From positions 275,412 to 339,411 of the forward strand of contig DAOSCP010000001.1 in NCBI GenBank assembly GCA_035361425.1: DNA of 64,000 nucleotides, in the 5' to 3' direction. A program made the position numbers and the translations under genes. How positions within the stretch are numbered: the stretch's first letter is position 1; each line of letters begins with the position of its first letter. Below the pieces are notes generated by a model. The model did not search any database and had not been told where the DNA came from. It saw only the letters and a program-made list of their open reading frames with translations. Below are positions 58,103-64,000 of the stretch, one piece after another. Source of the DNA: Ignavibacteriales bacterium (GTDB lineage Bacteria > Bacteroidota > Ignavibacteria > Ignavibacteriales > DAOSCP01).

Positions 58103-59218
58103 ATGGAATTCGAAGTAAAATCATCCGTATTTAATGAAATTTTATCAAATGTTATTCCTGCTATCCCTACTAAAACAACACAACCAATTTTAACAAATTT
58201 TTTATTTGAAATTACGGATGGAGTGCTAAATGTATCCGCAACAAATGGTGATATGACAATAAGATCTAAGACGGATATTTTTTCAACCGAAAATATATCT
58301 TTTTGCTTACCTGCCAAACTTTTATATGAAACTATAAAAAATGTTTTATCAACAGAAAATTTAAAGTTTGTATTCAAAGAAAATCATAAACTTATAATAC
58401 ATGCTGGAAGAGGTGAATATAAATTTACATATATAGATGCTAATGAATATCCTAAAATTCCTATCGCAATAGATGAAAGTTTTACAGAAATAAATGGATT
58501 ATTGTTAAAAACATTTATCCAAAAAACATCTTTTGCTGTTGCTTCGGAAGATGATACAAGAGTTGCTATGACAGGTATTTTGTTTGATTTCGATAATAAT
58601 AAACTAAAAGTTGTAGCAACAAACGGACATCTTTTAGGAAAGTATGAAAAAGATCTCGAAAATATCGATTTTAGTTCTCAATATATTGTTCCAGCCAAAG
58701 CAACAGATGCTTTATTAAAAGTTTTAACAGATAAAACAGTAAAAATTATTTTCCAACACGGAAGTATAAAATTTTTAATGGGCAATTATGAGTTAACAAC
58801 AAGAATAATTAATGCAAAATATCCCGATTACAATACTGTTATACCAAAAGAAACAAAATACGAAATGATAATTAATTCTGGGCAGTTAAGAACAGCTATA
58901 AAAAGATTGTTAGTATATGCAACAGGAGAAACAAAGAAAATAGTATTGACATTAGGAGATAATAAAATAATCATCAAAGCCTATAATGAACTTAATGCAG
59001 CTGAAGGTGTTGAAGAAATAGATTGTCAATATAGCGATACACCGTTTGATATCTCTTTTAACGGTGGAAATTTGGAAAAAGTTCTTTCTCAATTTGATGG
59101 AGAAGATATTGTATTTAAAATGAATTCTCCTGATAGAACAGTTTTAATAAAATCCACAAATGAAGTTGAAGGAGAGGATTTTCTAATTCTTACAGTTCCT
59201 TTGAGAATAAATAAATAA
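58103..59218 (+). CDS. dnaN: DNA polymerase III beta sliding clamp
   Basis: The start at the ATG at 58103 (MEFEVKSSVFNEILSNV...) follows AAGGA. The track start at 58046 adds a Lys-rich extension. The length and three-domain pattern fit DnaN, and recF follows. Confidence 0.88.
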   Translation: MEFEVKSSVFNEILSNVIPAIPTKTTQPILTNFLFEITDGVLNVSATNGDMTIRSKTDIFSTENISFCLPAKLLYETIKNVLSTENLKFVFKENHKLIIHAGRGEYKFTYIDANEYPKIPIAIDESFTEINGLLLKTFIQKTSFAVASEDDTRVAMTGILFDFDNNKLKVVATNGHLLGKYEKDLENIDFSSQYIVPAKATDALLKVLTDKTVKIIFQHGSIKFLMGNYELTTRIINAKYPDYNTVIPKETKYEMIINSGQLRTAIKRLLVYATGETKKIVLTLGDNKIIIKAYNELNAAEGVEEIDCQYSDTPFDISFNGGNLEKVLSQFDGEDIVFKMNSPDRTVLIKSTNEVEGEDFLILTVPLRINK

Positions 59219-59219
59219 A

Positions 59220-60314
59220 ATGGTTTTAAATAATCTTATACTTAAAAATTTTAGGTTACACATAAATACAGAATTGAAACCAGCTGAAAGAGTGAATCTG
59301 ATAGTTGGAGAAAATGCTCAAGGCAAAACTTCATTACTCGAAGCAATTTATTTAATTTGTACAACAAAAAGTTATTTAACAAATTATTTAAGCGAAATTG
59401 TAAATTATAATTCGTTAAATTTTGAAGTTGAAGCTAATTTAACAACTTTAACTAATAATAAATTAAGAATATTTTTCGATAAACAAGAAAATAAAAAATA
59501 TATTTTTAGAGATGATAAAAATATCAAAAATCCTATGGAATACATAGGATTTTTTCCTGTTATATTACTAACTCCAGATGACCACGAAATAACAAAAGGA
59601 ACTCCAAAAAATAGAAGAAAATTCGTTGATGGTTTCTTATCCCAAATTAAGCCTAATTATTTAAATAATTTAATAGATTATAATAACATAATAAAAAACA
59701 GAAGTGTTTTATTAAATAAATACAAAGAAACAAGAGAAAAATATATTTTTGATGAATTAATTTTATGGACCGAACGATTAGCAAATGTTGGTGAATATAT
59801 TACACAAGAAAGAATTGAATGGATATCTAGTTTTAATAAATATCTTGAAGAAATTTATAATAGAATTATTGAAAAAAAAGAACAACCCAAAATTGAGTAT
59901 AAGCTTAGCTATAATGGAAAATCGTTAAAAGAGCATTTGTTTAATAATCTCGAAACTGAAATTAATAAAGCTCAAAACTTGTATGGACCTCATAGGGATG
60001 ATTTGCTATTTTTTATAAATAATTACGAATTGAAAGTTTACGGCTCACAAGGACAGCATAAAACATTTTTAACAAGTTTGAAATTTGCACAGTATTTTTA
60101 TTATAGAGATTTATTTAACAAGGATTCAATATTTTTAATGGATGATGTTTTTGGCGAATTAGATAGCACTCGCTCTCAAATGATAGCGGAATATTTAAAT
60201 CAAATAGGACAAGCTTTTATAACAATTACAGATTTTAGTAATTATAAATTCCTAAGAAATTTTACTAACGATGCTATATTTCAAGTTCAAAATGGGGTTG
60301 TAACTCTCAAATGA
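59220..60314 (+). CDS. recF: DNA replication/repair protein RecF
   Basis: It has the GENAQGKTS Walker A, and GSQGQHKT and LMDDVFGELD motifs. Confidence 0.9.
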   Translation: MVLNNLILKNFRLHINTELKPAERVNLIVGENAQGKTSLLEAIYLICTTKSYLTNYLSEIVNYNSLNFEVEANLTTLTNNKLRIFFDKQENKKYIFRDDKNIKNPMEYIGFFPVILLTPDDHEITKGTPKNRRKFVDGFLSQIKPNYLNNLIDYNNIIKNRSVLLNKYKETREKYIFDELILWTERLANVGEYITQERIEWISSFNKYLEEIYNRIIEKKEQPKIEYKLSYNGKSLKEHLFNNLETEINKAQNLYGPHRDDLLFFINNYELKVYGSQGQHKTFLTSLKFAQYFYYRDLFNKDSIFLMDDVFGELDSTRSQMIAEYLNQIGQAFITITDFSNYKFLRNFTNDAIFQVQNGVVTLK

Positions 60315-60586
60315 AAAGCATCGGAGAAATTATAAGAAATTCGCCAGAATTTTCAAAAATAAGATTTTATTTATTTGCTGAACAAGTAATCAATAAATTT
60401 TTTGAATATTTTCCTGAGTATAAAGAATATATTTGCTCTATAAAATTAGATGATAAGAAATTATTTATCTATGTAGAAAATGCTACAGCAAAAGCAAGTA
60501 TTAAAGAAAATCAAAAAGAGATAATAGAAAAAATAAATAAAAGTTTTAACCAGATTGTAATAGAAAAAATAACATTTGATGTATAA
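60311..60586 (+). CDS. DUF721-domain (DciA-like) small protein
   Basis: 91 aa in the conserved position between recF and gyrB, with a 4-nt overlap with recF. The pattern ...KLDDKKLFIYVENATAKASI...IIEKIN... resembles DUF721. Confidence 0.6.
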   Translation: MKSIGEIIRNSPEFSKIRFYLFAEQVINKFFEYFPEYKEYICSIKLDDKKLFIYVENATAKASIKENQKEIIEKINKSFNQIVIEKITFDV

Positions 60587-62563
<1,977 letters not shown>

Positions 62564-62584
62564 TAAAAAAGAAGAGAAGAGAAA

Positions 62585-64000
62585 ATGGCAGATTTATTTG
62601 ATAATCAGAAAATATTACCGGTATCATTAGAAGAAGAGATGAAATCTTCTTACATAGATTATGCGATGTCCGTAATTGTTTCAAGGGCTTTACCAGATGT
62701 TAGGGATGGGTTAAAACCTGTTCATCGTAGAGTTTTGTTTGGTATGTATGAACTCGGTTTAACTTACAATAAACCTTACAAAAAATCAGCAAGAGTGGTT
62801 GGTGAAGTTTTAGGTAAATACCATCCTCACGGCGATAGTGCAGTATACGAAACAATGGTTAGAATGGCTCAAGATTTTTCTTTGAGATATCCTTTAGTGG
62901 ATGGTCAGGGGAACTTTGGGTCAATTGATGGTGATTCAGCCGCTGCGATGCGTTATACTGAAGCTCGTATGGCTAAAATTACCGAAGAAATGTTGAGAGA
63001 TATAGATAAAAATACAGTTGATTTTGCTCCTAACTTTGATGATTCTTTGCAAGAACCAAAGGTTTTGCCATCTTACTTGCCTAATTTATTGGTAAATGGT
63101 TCCAGTGGTATTGCTGTTGGTATGACAACTAATATACCGCCACATAATTTATCAGAAGTAATAGATGGATTAGTTGCATTAATTGAAAATCCTCAAATTA
63201 CGATACCTGAAATTATGAAACATATTGTGGCGCCCGATTTTCCAACTGGTGCTATTATTTATGGTTATGATGGTGTTAGAGAAGCTTATGAAACAGGTAA
63301 AGGTAAAGTAGTTTTACGCGCAGTTGCAAAAATTGAAACTCTAAAAAATGATAGACAAAACGTAGTTGTTACAGAAATTCCATATCAAGTTAATAAAGCT
63401 AATCTGATTGAAAAAATAGCAGATTTGGTAAATGAAGGAAAAATAACAGATATTTCTAATATTAGAGATGAATCTGATAAAGATGGTATGCGTATAGTTA
63501 TCGAGCTTAAAAAAGATGCTGTTCCTGAAATAGTGCTTAATAATTTATATAAACATACAAATATGCAAACGACTTTTGGTATTATAATGCTTGCTCTTGT
63601 CAATGGTATACCAAAAGTACTTAATTTGAAAGATATGATGCAGCATTTTATCAATCATCGTATGGATGTATTGATTAGAAAAACACAATTTGAATTAGAT
63701 GCTGCAGAGAAAAAAGCGCATATTTTAGAAGGCTATATTATAGCTCTTGATAATATTGACGAAGTTATAAAAACAATTAAAGAATCGTCTGATACTCCTA
63801 CTGCCAAAAATAATTTGATGGTCAGATTTAATCTTTCTGAAATTCAAGCAAAAGCAATTCTCGATATGAGATTGCAAAGATTAACAGGTCTCGAAAGAAA
63901 GAAAATTGAAGAAGAATATAAAGAAACAATTAAATTAATTGAAGAATTAAGAAGTATTTTGGCTAGCGAAGAAAAAAGATATTTAATTATTAAGCAAGAT
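62585..64000 (+). CDS. gyrA: DNA gyrase subunit A; the 3' end runs off the window
   Basis: Absent from the ORF track because it is truncated. The ATG at 62585 gives [52 protein letters not shown]...[10 protein letters not shown] (active-site Tyr region). Confidence 0.95.
   Translation, partial: MADLFDNQKILPVSLEEEMKSSYIDYAMSVIVSRALPDVRDGLKPVHRRVLFGMYELGLTYNKPYKKSARVVGEVLGKYHPHGDSAVYETMVRMAQDFSLRYPLVDGQGNFGSIDGDSAAAMRYTEARMAKITEEMLRDIDKNTVDFAPNFDDSLQEPKVLPSYLPNLLVNGSSGIAVGMTTNIPPHNLSEVIDGLVALIENPQITIPEIMKHIVAPDFPTGAIIYGYDGVREAYETGKGKVVLRAVAKIETLKNDRQNVVVTEIPYQVNKANLIEKIADLVNEGKITDISNIRDESDKDGMRIVIELKKDAVPEIVLNNLYKHTNMQTTFGIIMLALVNGIPKVLNLKDMMQHFINHRMDVLIRKTQFELDAAEKKAHILEGYIIALDNIDEVIKTIKESSDTPTAKNNLMVRFNLSEIQAKAILDMRLQRLTGLERKKIEEEYKETIKLIEELRSILASEEKRYLIIKQD

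Overview
This is an AT-rich bacterial chromosomal segment. Type IX secretion (T9SS) C-terminal sorting domains on two secreted proteins, sigma54-type regulators and BamD/Mla envelope genes suggest the FCB group, possibly Ignavibacteriota or Bacteroidota-like; that placement is inference. No rRNA, tRNA, CRISPR array, integrase or transposase was recognised by eye.

Layout:
- 0-4.9 kb: a metY-metX-thrA methionine/threonine operon on the minus strand, behind a promoter and a terminator/antiterminator leader that may be a riboswitch.
- 5-13 kb: a sigma54 two-component pair with outer-membrane and lipoprotein genes.
- 13-20 kb: bamD, two T9SS cargo proteins (an HExxH protease and a large GH57 glycosidase) and rsgA.
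- 20-36 kb: a second sigma54 two-component pair, a sugar MFS transporter, a four-subunit 2-oxoacid:ferredoxin oxidoreductase operon, a TPR adenylate cyclase, obg, two ABC exporters and ppiD.
- 36.9-47.7 kb: an accessory and decaying zone. It holds a nanE-like gene with one in-frame TAG at a conserved Gln codon, and a hydantoinase-family gene broken by three frameshifts.
- 43.3-47.7 kb: a roughly 4.4 kb island that is the best candidate for an undescribed system. It encodes an Hsp70-like ATPase, a MotA/ExbB-like channel fused to an OmpA/MotB-like peptidoglycan-binding domain, and a DUF6804-like small membrane protein. All carry nonsense or frameshift lesions.
- 47.8-64 kb: bcp, uvrA, an Mla-like system, radA, a DnaA-box cluster (candidate oriC) and dnaN-recF-DUF721-gyrB-gyrA.

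Family assignments come from motifs read by eye. No database search was run.
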